Shown here one piece after another: positions 36,653 through 50,619 of a DNA stretch of 57,472 nucleotides; position 1 is the first letter of the stretch, and each line of letters starts with the position of its first letter. Source of the stretch: Paramecium tetraurelia (Eukaryota); contig CT868163.1 of the NCBI GenBank assembly GCA_000165425.1, positions 496,001 to 553,472 of the forward strand, read 5' to 3'. The notes under the pieces are model-generated. The model made no database searches. It worked only from the letters and a program-made list of their open reading frames with translations, and was not told the origin of the DNA. The translations under genes and the position numbers were made by a program.

Positions 36653-37648
36653 ATGGAATTTTGAGATTGATTTCCTTTATTAAAATTTCTCCATGAACCT
36701 GATTACTCTATTTCCAAAGGCAGATCCTCATCTGTCTGAATAATATCTAAATATCTCAACAGGAAAGATAATAACAGAAAAAATTATTTGATGCAATAGC
36801 ACTTTATTTTTTGTTTTCTTAATCTAATGTTTCGATTTCACCAAAGATGCTGCCTTTAATGATATTTAAGAGACTTTGACCTCATTGATCACACAATCTC
36901 ACTAAAGATGTTTCAATTATAATTGTACTTCTCCTGTTATCAGAATATAGATAGAAATACATAGACATGAAAGTTAATAATTTTGAGGCCATATTAATAT
37001 CCAATTTAAATAGATTAGTATTTACAATTATCTGTTGTTATGAGAATCATATAATATAAATTTTAAGTTATCCTTACAAAGAGCCAATTGTTTAAATGTA
37101 CCTTCTATGACTCTAAAAGGAATTATTTTCTAGATTGTAAGTTGGAAAGTTTGAAACTTAAATATATAGCTACTATATATCGAAACATGATTTAAAAGAG
37201 TAAATTTATTTATCTAAATATTATATGAAATAAGCTAATTGTTTAATAAATTGAATATTATTAGATTTTTATGATATCTATTCTGAAAATTAAATAAAGA
37301 TTCTTTTAGAAAAACTTTCAGAAGTATTGAAAGATGCATAAATCGATCAAGATCTAAAAAATACATAGCATTGTAGACTATTTTGATAAATTTTGAGTAA
37401 ATTTATAATGCCTACTAAATTAATGAGCTAACAATCAAATGAATATCGGAAATCAGTATCTTAACTTTTAATTTGAACCTTAAGAATTATGAAATGAAAT
37501 GAGATCGCAAAATGAATTTTTAGAATAGATCGAAAAATCATTAATGATGCAGAAATCTCTGTGTTTTGATGATGAAGAATCGATTATCAAAAATTTTGAA
37601 TGGTTTCTATATACAGTATAGAAATATTTTGAATTACGTTAATAATGA
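36653..37648 (+). pseudogene. Decayed coding sequence of unknown family
   Basis: Coding-like 3' segment (EMRSQNEFLEQIEKSL...FEWFLYTVQKYFELRQQ*) but TGA stops in all frames upstream. Confidence 0.35.
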
Positions 37649-37666
37649 ACTATTTAATTTTAAATA

Positions 37667-40600
37667 ATGCTAAACAACTGTTATACTCTTCGTCACAGTC
37701 CTGTATTCAGAAATCCAAAATCGAATGTAGCAGTTTAGTAATTAACTACTCTAATTAATGAAACCGCAAGTAGGTCACCTCCACTTCAACCACAAGTCAA
37801 AAAGATAATTGGAATTAAAAAAAATTCATTGATAGATCACTAATTACCTCTTTGTGATGTACCCTTTCAAACTAATTTTTTTGCATAAAATGAAAATGAT
37901 CTTTCCTATTCAAATAGAAGCAATATTTAAACTAATAGATAGTTTAGTAGAAATTAAAGAACTTAAAGTGTTTACACAGGTAATAAAGAAAACTTCGTAA
38001 GAAGCCCAACAAGAAGTCCATTTTCTAAACCAATTATTTAAAAAGATTGTTATACTCCAATTTATAAAAGAAGTCCAATCTAAAGAGTATAATCTCCTGG
38101 AATAATAGGGGGAATTAGGCAGACAAATTAAAGAGGGTTTGGATCCATAAGTCCCTTGAGGATTTAGCAAAAACCTAATTAAAGAGAACCCTTATCGGAA
38201 ATGGTGGATAATTTAAAACAAAATATTATGAGAGACATTTAAGAAGTCACAAGAAAATATTCAAATACAATTGTACAAGTCAATTTATAACCAGAGAGAT
38301 TCAAATAAGAACAAAGAGAAGTAAGGTATGATGATATCAAAGCTTAAGAATTGAAAAAATAGAAATATCTGGAGCAATAAGCTCTATTATTGCAATAATA
38401 ATTGGAATTAATCAAATCATAATAATCAAAGTTAGTTGTACTCAATAAACAGACTTTGTGTTCTTAAGATAATCCCATAAATGCAACATCCGACCCAAAT
38501 AAGTTATATCAATAAAGATAAAATGACCTAAGTTTTTTAAGGTCTTTGGAAAATCAAAACAGATCACAATCTTTTGCAGATTAATAAAGCAATTTTTAAA
38601 GTCTTAGATGTGATTAAACACAAAAAATTAAATAAATTTAAGAAATAAAAAATTGTACTTGTGATCCACAATATTAAGTCTAAGGAGTTTAATAATAATA
38701 TTGTGAAGAATGGATGCCGATCTAAAACACTAGTAAATACAATTATTAAATTGATTATTTACAAAAATTGAATTACAAAATTGAATCAATTTAAAAACAT
38801 TAAAATCAATAGTCTGTCAACTCTAATAATTAAGAATTCAAGACTTTAGATGAATTTTGTAGAACAACAAGACATCAAGAGTAAAAATTAATAAACTCTC
38901 CAGATTTAAACTAGGAAAAATAAGCATTAAATTAATATCAATCTCGACCCAATTTTAATTAGGAAAATCAATATCCAGAATTTTAAACTGGAAGAAATGG
39001 CTATTCCCCAATTAGAAACAAAGAATAAATTACAGCCAACAAAGAGACAACTCTTTATATGTTGAATAATAATAAATAAATGTTATCAACCTTAAATTCT
39101 TAAAATGAATTATAAAAGTTAAAGAATTTATAGTTAGAGTTGATGCAGAATAAACCATTATTTGAATAACCTAAGCCTTCAAAAATTGAATTTAATTTTA
39201 ACTAATAGAAAGAAATATTTGATCTCAAAATTGATAAAAATTATCTTAATACTTTTTAATAACTCTCAACTATGCAATAAGAGAGATCTACAAAGGAAGA
39301 AAATATTGAAGAAAAAACTTACAAAAATTTAAATTTTAATAAAAATAAAACAGCTGCCAATAAAAATGTACAGTAATAATAATTGTCAAAATTTATTCAG
39401 CTTTAAAACTAATAAGAATAATTGTAAGAAATAGGTAAATAATTACAATAATAATAAAAACTACCTGCTTATTTGAAAGAGGCTGATGATACGGATGACG
39501 ATGTTAATAATCAAATTACTATTAGTAATTTATCATCTATTATTCCTGCTGAAATCTCAGCCAATTAAAATAAAAAGATTAATGTATCTTTCGAAAGTAG
39601 TATTGAATAATAATAATTTGAGTATCTAAAGGGATCAGATTGCCGAAACACTTTTGGACCTTTATAATTGGAAATCATTTTAAAATCTCCAAAAAGTCAT
39701 CATGAAATTATACCTTAATATCTGTCACCTTGCCAACTTGGTGATGATGTAAATAATTAAAGGCAATAAGTATAAAATCTTCAAAATGATTAAGACATAT
39801 CATCTTATGATAAATAAGATAATGTAATAAGTAGATAATTAACTAATAATCATAAAAGTGAAAAGAAATAATCTGCATTAAATTATGATGAGGGCACACA
39901 ACTTTGCAATAAAATTGAGTAGATTGAGACTGTTGAAAAGAGAGTCAATTCTCAATCAAGAGATTAGAAAGAGCTTGAAAATTAATCAAGAGAGTATAAA
40001 GTTTAAAACAGTAGCTCAACATATAAAACAAAAAGTTCTTAGAGTATTAGCAATGCTAAATACTAATAAGCATATAGTCCAATCGGAATTAAAAACTCTA
40101 TTGTTGTGCAGCCATTTTTTAAGGAGAGTCCAAGCAATAGAATTGCAACAAAAGAAAGTGAAAAAAATAAAAATTAGATTAAATCTCAGCAAAGTGTTTT
40201 AGAAAATAAAAACTATGATAAAATATGTTCTGGGCAAAGCTAAAGGTATAGCGACTACAAAGATGAATCGAACTAAGTTGAAAAAGAAAAATAAGAATAG
40301 GATGTCTCATTAAATAACTCATCAAGATATGAATAGATGTTATAAAATTTCTAAAGTATGAAAAATCAATCTAGAATCGATTATTAATAAGAAAATCAAA
40401 CAATTAAAGTGTCAATGTAAATGAATGAATGTGAACATATTAGTGATTTTGTTATATTTAGCGATAAATAAAATGAAAACTAATTAGAAATTGTTAAAAA
40501 GAAAACCGTTACATTTAATGATCAATTGATTTAGCAATCTCCTATAGATAAAGATAAAGTCCAAGGTGGAACAAATTTCAGTGATTTTATGAAGACAAAA

Positions 40601-40746
40601 GCTTTAGACATTCTCTCCTCCGACTCTATTCCAATAATTCCTTAGGATACCTTCACTTTGGCATAATTATAGCCAAAAGGAGGAATAAGTAATACATTAT
40701 TTTATTTTCAGGTTTTTTATAATATAAGCAACAATTAGAAAATTGA
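37667..40746 (+). CDS. Large Gln/Asn-rich low-complexity hypothetical protein (~1000 aa)
   Basis: ATG 37667 MLNNCYTLRHSPVFRNPK...; long code-6 frame dense in TAA/TAG Gln and SP motifs; terminal 23-nt intron then TGA 40744-40746; frame not checked codon by codon throughout. Confidence 0.7.
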
Positions 40747-41538
40747 GTGAAATGATTTTATTTTTGGTTGAAATGATTATAAATACACACAACTAACATC
40801 CTTAATCATCTCTTTTTACAATGAAAATTCCTTTTTCTTACAAATTTTTATATTTCTAAGAAATAGAATACCTTGTTATTGATAGCTAAACAAACATTTT
40901 GATAAGGTTTTTTAACAGTTAATGGTTTATAACCTCAACATAAATATTTTATTATTTGAATTATAAAAAAAGCTTTAGTCTAAACTGAATATTTCTTTTT
41001 TCCTATCATTCTGCATCGCATGATTCTAAGGAATCTTAGATATACTAGGTTTAGACTAATAATTCAAATAATTCTATGCTGTATACTTTAAAGGTACTGG
41101 AGATATTTTCAAATCTTTTCAAGAAACATTATAATATTTATTATGAGTACATTATTTTATAGTAGAGGCATGATATCTTTTAGATTTATATGGTGTACAA
41201 TTCTAAATTCTATATTTTTTCATTTAGAAATATTAGAAATCTAATAGCCCAACAAAGTTGATTAGGATTATTAAAGATTTTTATGAAGATAGATGTTAGA
41301 AGGAGATAGTATGAGTTATGATTTCGAGAACATAGAAGCTCCAAACTTTAAAAGAAGAAAATGAAAGATATTGCCTTTGATTCACCCCAAAAGAAAAAAT
41401 AATCTTATAGTTATGTCAAAAAAAATTGATTCTCATCAAATGTTGAAATGTAGAATAAATCAATTCAAATTTTAAGATTTAAACAATCAAATGTCACAAT
41501 AAAAATAAATTTATAATGATATTTAAATTTAGTATATT

Positions 41539-42299
41539 TCAAACAATGTTTAAAAATAACTTTTAGTCTTATATTAATTACCAGTCATCCAAAGTTATGT
41601 CTTCTCTGTAATGCTCTTTTAATATTAAAATAGCTCTTCTTGTAATCTAAGGAAATGAAATCATTAAATACCAAACTTGTTAGTTTGTTTCTAAAGTGAT
41701 TTGCTTTCCAGTCTATATAGCTTAATTTGTTCCAATTCTCAAGGCAATTGCTCCTGTAGTAGCTTTGGCTTCTTTCAAACTCTCTTATGATTAATTCAAT
41801 AGTCTCAACAATTCTAATTTTATTTTTGTTACTATTTTAATCATAAAAGAATAAAGGCGTTCCTATTTTTAATATTACTTATTTAATTTCAACACCTAAA
41901 ATTACAAGCTCATCAGGCAATATTTTTACATCAAAAACCAACTTACATTACATCATCTTTTGATACTGGCCCAACACTAATATTTGAAAAAGGAATGTTT
42001 TAACTATTCAAATATTGTAGAAGAGCTTCTAATGAACCTAAAGTAGACGCTGCAACTCCCACTCCTTAAATTTTATAGTTTTATGTATTTTGACCTCCTC
42101 CATCTCATTATTAATTATTTCGGTTACTTTATCGATATCTTCTTAGATATTAGCTAAATACATCTGAGATCCTGCCATAGATTCTTCTAAACCTCCTGCA
42201 GATATTTTTAGACTCATAGATGCATAGATAAAATCATGAAGAATATATTAACCTTTAACTCTCCTTTCCCTCATAGGATGAGGAGTTAAAAGCGCTCTC
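41539..42299 (-). pseudogene. eIF5B: eIF5B (IF2 homologue) C-terminal relic
   Basis: RALLTPHPMRERRVKG; GVAASTLGSLEALLQYL; SVGPVSKDDVM; FDVKILPD; ITRRAILILKEHYREDITLDDW; no GTPase domain, frameshifts and internal deletions. Confidence 0.85.
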
Positions 42300-42329
42300 T
42301 ACATATATCGTTCGTCTACAACTTGTAGT

Positions 42330-42780
42330 GCACTTTAGAGCAGATTCCCAAAGTCGATGGATAGCAAAAAATTGCAAGCTTTACAATCACCTCGAAAACA
42401 CATTTGGTTTTATTATAAAAAAATTCTTCCTCCAAATTTGTCTAGAAGGATTTGAAGAATTAGTTCTCCTTAACCTTTAGCGGCTTATAAGATCTAGAAA
42501 CCTCAAACAAATTGGGAAAGATGCAGAGATGGGAGCCAGGATAACCTTACCATAGTCCATTGCTGAGACAAGATTCTTAGGCAAGGAATTATTGGTGGAT
42601 GTCTTACTGGGACAATCCAATCTTCCTTGAGCTATTGTTGGAAAGGATCTAACTTCTTGAAGGCAAACTTAAGGTGGCAATCGTTTGGGATTGCTCTAAC
42701 AAGCCTCATTCAAGGGTGATGTGAGGATAACCTCCTAGAATTTGGACTAGTCCAAAAGACAACTAGATATGGACTGATAA
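42330..42780. repeat. GC-richer block, suspected interspersed repeat/mobile-element fragment
   Basis: Abrupt compositional change abutting the truncated eIF5B relic; several frames open; copy number cannot be seen within this window. Confidence 0.35.
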
Positions 42781-45700
42781 AAATAGGAATTGATTTTGAC
42801 ACTTCATATATAAATGCTTGTGTATAGAAAACATGTGCATTCATCTGCTGAAGAATCATCCTTAAAACTTAATATGTTGTATCATTGAACAATTACTTTA
42901 TCTGGAACATCCTTTAGAGGGTAATATAAATGCACTCACTCATTATGTATGCACTGGAAGATGTATATTTTAAGAATAAGAGCACTTAGTATCAATGCAT
43001 ATATTATAATTAGCACAAGAAAAACGATAGTTATAGGGACCAGCATTTAATGAAACTTGCCTTAAATAAAATTATGATTCAGGTAATCATAGTGTTCTAA
43101 GCAGTAAAAAGATTTCAGCAATAACTTGAACATTGACCCCAAGAGAAAGCGGACGCCAAAGGCCAACAAAATCCACAACAGAGGAACAACGTTCCTCCTC
43201 AAAGAGACCGCTAAAAGGATCGATGATTAATCGATGACCCAGCACTACCTGTAGACAACATTCAAATAATTGTGTGTCCATTACTCAAAATCAGATAAAA
43301 TTCAAGTATCTTATCCTTTCTAGTTATTGGCATATAATTTATCAAAATGTTAGAGTTTTCAATACTGCTGATATGAAGCATTTGAATTACAGATGCATAA
43401 AAAGAATAAGACATAAATCCATGGTAATTCTAGGTCAACATTGCATATTAATTTTGCAGACCATACATCTACATGCGTGTTCGATAGCACCTCTTCAATG
43501 TAAATACTGCAGCTCAAATTGAAAGGAATAAGTAATGGCAGTGATAAAGGATACAGATTAATGCATATCCAACTGCTAAGAGGCTGAGAAAATGAGCTAT
43601 ATGAATAAGGACACTTCTGACTTTATTGATTTGACCTAGAAAAAGTGGTAGTTTATTGACAACATTTAACTACAAAGATACTTCAAAATTAAATATTCAT
43701 TGTTAAGACAAATCCAAACTATTACCTTCATAAAATCAATTATTGACAGTATTACTTACAACTATACAAAGGTCAAACTATGATTCGGAACATTTATGAT
43801 ATGCTTTGCTGTTATACTATTAACTAGCTCATTAAGCTTCTCAATAATTGTTACAATCTAGCCAGCAAGTATATCAATTTTTTGTCCTCTTATCAGGATT
43901 AAAGTCTACATGACTATTATTATATCAGATAGAACAATACATCAATAATTTGGTTCATATGGCTACAAGAAACACAGCATGGAATAAAGCTCGACATATA
44001 TGAATTGGAATTGCAACAAAACCACCAATATGATGAAGTTACTAAAGACTCTCTAGAAATAAACAGGATCTTGAGAGGTTTATCAAGGAATATTTGAGGG
44101 TATCCATAAAATCATACTCACTAAAAAAGATTCTCAAAATTCAATAACACCTTTAGATTGAATGCTAACAATAGTTGTGGTTATATGATCTGAATTATTG
44201 AGGTTGTTAGAACTAATTATCTAATGCCATAACATTGTCGACAACAGTTTCAAGTTTCACTACTCCTTACAAGTTTGATGACCCTTATCAATTAATTAAC
44301 TGTTAATTAAATACAATTTTGCTGGATAATCAATTTGAATTGCAAATGTTACTACACGGTTAACAAAATTTAAATTTATCTGATTGAAAACTTCATATAC
44401 ATATGAATAGAGATCAGGATGAACTTAGTTTGATAAAGTTTTACACATTGATTTAGTCGTTAAAAAAAAAGACAAAGATTAGTATTTGAAACCCGAGGTT
44501 AAGCTGACTCATTTTACTTCGTAACCATTTAGCGCACTAGTAGCACTAGAATTTTATGCAAAGATGATATCTATCAAGTATAAAAAAGAACTACCACCAC
44601 TGTACCATGCCCATAGAAGGATATCTGAACAGTTTAGATATTGTTCAGGATGTTCTTTATAAGGAATTTTTCATCAATGCATCTTGTGAAAAGAGCATTG
44701 TTGTCAACTACATCTTCTTAGCAAGATGCATATAAAGGGAATGATAGAGATTTGTTAATTACAGAAAACAAAGTAGTGCTGGTCGTCATGATTTTGAACA
44801 TCCAGGAGAAGAGGAGGAAAATTACCCTATCCATATCACTACATCACTAACAGAATGGGTTGCAAGTTGATGAAAATCTCCTTTCTAGTCATCAGTCAAA
44901 AATATTCAAATGGAGTACTTTCAAAAAGGTTTCAAGGTTCAAACTACCATAAGGGAGCCGTCCTAAGTCATCAGTTGTTTTAGCTCAAAGCTTCCATCAT
45001 CTTTTACACCATTAGTAACAAAAATATCATTAATATTAATTTGATTTGTTCACTTAGATCGCAAATATTAGTAAAATTGTAAAAGATATTTATTACATTC
45101 ATCATTGTATATTGCAAAATGATAGAAAGTTGAGAATTATTGGAAAAACTCATATTTTAGTTTAAATTTGTATCTAAGCATTAAGTTAAAAAAGTTGGAT
45201 AAGATAATTCGGAGCATGAAATAAATAAAAAGGTTGGTAAATCATTTGAACATTGGCTTATAGAGGGAAGAACTTTTTCTAATGAATGAGCATTCCTAAC
45301 TATTCCAACCTTCACGATAGTTAAGCAGTTCTTGCTTGCAACTTAAAGGTAGAATTACAATTGAATATCCTGATAAAAGATCATTTGTTTTATAGATTAC
45401 TGGGCCAGCTTTTCAGTTTTAGACGCAATAAATTCTGAAGATCAAAATTCAATTAGTGATTAAATTGCTGTATTAATTAATAATAAAAACAACAAAAGTG
45501 GTTAAGTTGGACAATTTTGGAGCATTATTGAGAGTAAATTGTAAAGGAAAAAATAAAGATTCATTTTAGGCGATTCAGAACTTTAATACATCGCTCGCAA
45601 CACAGTAGTAAGCTGAAACGAATTAAAGGTAGAAATTTAAAAGGACATAGACAATAAATCAAGTAAAATCATATGATTTTCAATCCTATACAGCCTCAAA

Positions 45701-46029
45701 TGTATATCCTGAATACTGATGAAAATGTTAGATGTAGTATAGGGGTGTATGAAGCTATGACTTTAAAATTAAATCAAGAAAGAAGGAGAGGCTTCATTAA
45801 CACAAAATTCAGATTTTATAATTAAAATCAACTTTTGATATGAATATGTGATTCAAAAATCAAAACTGAAATTGGAAATGATTTTATATCACGTTTGCAA
45901 CAGGATTGAATGAATTTTTCATAGAAGCTAGATGAATTAATGATTAAAATCTATTTATGTAATTAAATTTATATATTATATGATTGGAGTTTGCACAGCT
46001 CACTACATCCCTAATAGCAATTTAAAGGG

Positions 46030-47700
46030 AAAGTAATTATTAGATTTCAATATTATGATAACTGTTGGGAAAAGCTATGCAAGTACATGTATCAATAACA
46101 GGCAAGCTCCTAATTTGTAACTGTTATTGACATCGATGGAATATTTATTCAGCAAAAAGGATAATAGATAACCTTAACGAAATTTGATGGCTCAATTATT
46201 AAGCATTTGTCAACATTTATTCTTTTGCTAGAGTTAAACATTAATCGCATTTAAATACTCTTTCAGCAAATGTAACATAATTATTGCAATTCTTTCGTTG
46301 CAATATTTCAAGTCTCAAATACTTCAGCCTTGCACTACTAACTATTTCTATATAGCTAGTGACTGTGAGCTCCAAAGTTATAATTTTTGTATTCACAATA
46401 TTTAAAAGAGCTGTTTTGCCATTGCTCAACATTCATTTATATATACCAAGTACAAATACCTATGTTCATAAAGCAAGGCAATATGGTAAAGCAGCAGTTT
46501 ATTTTTTTAAAATCATTCTTGGCTCAAAATTGTTCATTTGACACAATTAAATGCCACTACATACATTCAGCTATGATAGAATAAGTTATTTAATGAGGAT
46601 ACCATTAATCACGATAGCTTATCTTTCTAATAGATAGCGTATTTGCTAAGATAGGCAAGTCAATTTCTGTTATGCTGAGAAGCTTCCAAAATTTTAATCA
46701 CCGACTCTAATTATCCAACTTGAATTTCTTAGAATGTTGACAACCCTCTTTATTTATTATTTAATATCAACTGCAGCTTGTGTTGACATATTCTTTTCCA
46801 ACATTACTCTATATCTATTAATTAAGTTTGTGTTTAATGTGCATTCTTTAAGCATCCAAACTTTTGTAGGTACAGGCAAATGGAGTGAACCTTTTGTTCC
46901 TATGCTTACCTAGAACTACAAATTAGCTAAACAATATTCTGACAGCACACTCATTTATATTGGCTAGTCATGTCGCGTGTGCACATAGTCTTAATGTCTT
47001 TAGATTTTGCAATCTAATCTCTTTTTTTCATTTATGATTAATTGGCATCGTAGATAATCTTGAAAAACTACTTTTATTTTATTTCACATTCCACACATTC
47101 CAGATTCTGCTGAATTACTTAAGCTTATGACATATATAGAACAATTATGTGCTTATTTTTTGATGAATTCTCGCTAATAATACCTTTACTTTTTTCCTTT
47201 CCTTAATCTTACGTTTATCTATCTCCACTTTGCACAAAATTGTCATGAGCTTAGTCTTGAATATTTGCATATAGCAATGATTTCAAGTTTATCATGCGCA
47301 TGCGTATCCTAAGAAGCTTTGACTAATAAATTGTTAATCAAGGTAACAATGATTATTAAGTGCAGATATTACACCTTCTAATTTCAGATTAGATATATAA
47401 CTGCCAGTTTACATAGCTAAAACCATCTAGATGATGCACATTTTGCCGATCTGTAAATGCAATATGGAAACTGTAATGCTAAAACAAGAGATAATTTATA
47501 TATGCTGCCTCCCTTCATCTATTTTTCTTACTTGAAATTCTTGAAATAGGATTGAACAAATATACTTGAATATTTTCTTTACAATTCTACAAGGTGCACA
47601 TCGATGCCATCCTTCATCTAATATTTAGACTATTCTACAAGAAAGGTGTTTGATCGGTTGCCCAAAAAATAAATTTACTTTCTGTTATTTCACTTCTATT
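46030..47700. pseudogene. Degraded Cys-rich surface-protein-like sequence
   Basis: Frequent TGT/TGC-containing short frames broken by TGA and frameshifts; no intact ORF; strand and family uncertain. Confidence 0.25.
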
Positions 47701-50619
47701 TCTATTGTTAGAATATTAATTAAGCCTTTTATATTTTTGCAGTTCCTAACTGTGAGTATGAAAACATAATGAGAGAGAATGGAGAGCTTTCACCTAATGG
47801 CAAGCATCATGAAACCCTCAATTCCTTAAATGATGATTTTTATAGATTTTTCCACCTCCTAAATTATTATATTCACTAGATTTAGGTTAAAGATGCCATT
47901 AATCAGCGGCAGCATCACCTGTTGTTCAACAAATTTCAAGACATATTTGTGATACCTCCTAAGTTAGACTTTTAGAACTTCTTTCTGAGATCTGTTGAGC
48001 TTGCATTATAATGTTTTACTATTAATCTATCATGATCAAATGAAATCAATATTCATCACATTTTCAAATAATAATAAAATTAGTCCTTTTAATAATGTTG
48101 ACATCATAGGACCATAGCAAAATATTGCTCCTTTATATGTTAGATTAAATCTTTAACAATCAATATTGAGCCCTTGTAGTTTAGTCCCATCCAAAACCTA
48201 ACTCTGAATGTCATACTGCTTCTTTGTTTCTAGTTACACAATATATGATACTTAATCAACTATTTAATGAATTTAGGAAGTCAATGTACTCACTTAATGC
48301 GGATAGTGTAATTGAACACTTAATAGCTGTTCATTATTTTGCCTGATTAATATCTGATTGGAACTTACTCCTAACGAATTTATACTCCAAACCACCAGCA
48401 TATATATATAGGAATAGATAAAGTACAAATTCTAATGTTTAGGCAACCTAGGATTTGATGATTGCTCCTTCCATTTGATACTTGGAATTATTTTGTAAGA
48501 ACACTATGAATAAGGAATCTGATCAACACCATCTACATTATGTAATAGAATTATGCTGAAATCTGATTGTTAATGTTGCTCATAAATTTTTTTTCCTTTA
48601 ATGACTATACTTTTCTTATGATATTCCTTAATTGCGCTATGAATTATGATATGCATTCCCTTTACACTATCAATAAATGTACTAAGATTTTCCATATAGA
48701 GTATTAAAGTTTGTTAGGTAAAAGTTCCTAGAACCATTGAAAAGCGTTATGGTAGTCCGGGATTAGTAAAAATTCCTTCTAAATATTGATCAATGAAAGA
48801 TCTATGCATATATGACAATCAACAATGAAGATGAGAAACTGACCTACTCAGTAGAAAATTTCATTATCTCAAAGTAGTCTTAATTATTTTCAAACACCAT
48901 AAAAGTTATAGAAAATTTGATTTGGACAAAATTTGATTGTCCCTGGTATGGCTTCCCTAGGAATGAGAAATTAACTATCTTAATTTGGTGTTGAAACAAT
49001 AAAGAAAGTTTAAGGCTAAATATAGCCAACGATATACATGCTTTTCTTTAAAGATGAAGTGTTTGTTAAAGAAGTTCTGCTATCAATTGAAGACTTAGAT
49101 GATTGAATAATAAGATTGGAATTGATTTTAATTTTCTCAACCAATATTTCTGCTTCAGCGTATGGCGAGTAACTAAATTAAATTCATATTCGATTTACTT
49201 AAACTTAAATTACTTAAATTTACAATAAAGAAACTTTTTTATGAATCTTCTTTTTGGACAGTCATAGGTTTACACTTTAAATAGCCTTTCTTGTTATTTT
49301 ATGTCCCTCACTATACTTTTCGTTTGGTATTTTATATTTAAGTTCATGATTCGCTTAGCTAATATATTAGTGCTGCACTTTAAACTAAAATACATCTTAG
49401 ATCTGCTAATTTTTTTTACGAAAAGTATGATATTTTAATCAGTTTAATCATCATATTTCGGCTTTTGTCTAATTGGTAGTTATAAGATAATTTTCCTAAC
49501 CAAAAATCCTTAAAAATTATTCAATGTGAACTTTTAATCACTTCTTAAACAATTTGAAGTTTTTTTTTAGCGTTCTAATGATCAACAAAACAAATTAAGT
49601 TACTGAATAATTAATAAAGTAATGACACATATTTGATGTGAATCAATTTGTAAAATTCTTAAAATAAATTTCATTTTTAAAATTGAAAAAAAATTCTCTC
49701 CTTGAAATTGAAGAATTATTACCTACCTGATCTTGCATTAGCAGCGATAACGTGTGAATATCTGTTCAATGTGACTTTAGGAAATGTTAGAGAATTTAAG
49801 TGAAATTTGTGTAAACAATTAATCAAAAATCAGGCTCTCTGAAGAATTAGAGAGTTTATGTTAAAACTAGAATTATAATTCTAAAATTGCTAAATAAAAA
49901 TTATATTCAGTTATATCAATGCTTGCCAGAAAAAAAAGATAAATAAGAAAGAATAGAGTAAAGAATTAGAGTACTTTGGACTAGGGTAGTTGAAAAAATC
50001 ATAACCACAGTGATAAATTCAAGAAGCACAAATATTTAAATAAAAAATAATAAAATTATGAATATCTGTGATATATTTAAAAATTTAATGAGCCTGCTTG
50101 TTGAAAGGCTTTTGTTGTATAGATATGCATTTTAATATCAGGACACTAAACAAAAACGTCTAAATGTTGGTAATTAAGAATGCAATAATAGTTCATCTTA
50201 TGCCAACTTGAAAATACAGTTTCGTCAGATAGATATTGAATGGTATTTGACTATTGGTGAATTTCTACAAGAGCGCTAATTGTTTGTTAAGGAGAAAAAA
50301 TATCCATAATCAAAAGTTAAAATTTTATTATATGGTAATTAAATTGATTAGATAATTGCTTATGCACTATTCTTGTAACTATTTCGCAAGGATGAAAAAA
50401 ACTTATTCTGTTTATTTTATCTTAATGTTAAGCAAATTTAACAGCTTGTATAATTGGTCAGCAAACTCAATATATTCAAGTTGTTAGTCTCAATTATATT
50501 GTGCTGCTTTTAAATCTGTTTCATTTTATCAATCATTTTATTACCTAATTATTTTCATTTTTTAATTTCTTATAGGAATTTAATCTGTCAATAATATATA
50601 ATTGGAGTAGCAAGACGGT

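Noticed and set aside
45120..45910. Possible MORN-like repeat relic (KKVGK, G.SYD motifs)
   Set aside because: Motifs too degraded to call by eye
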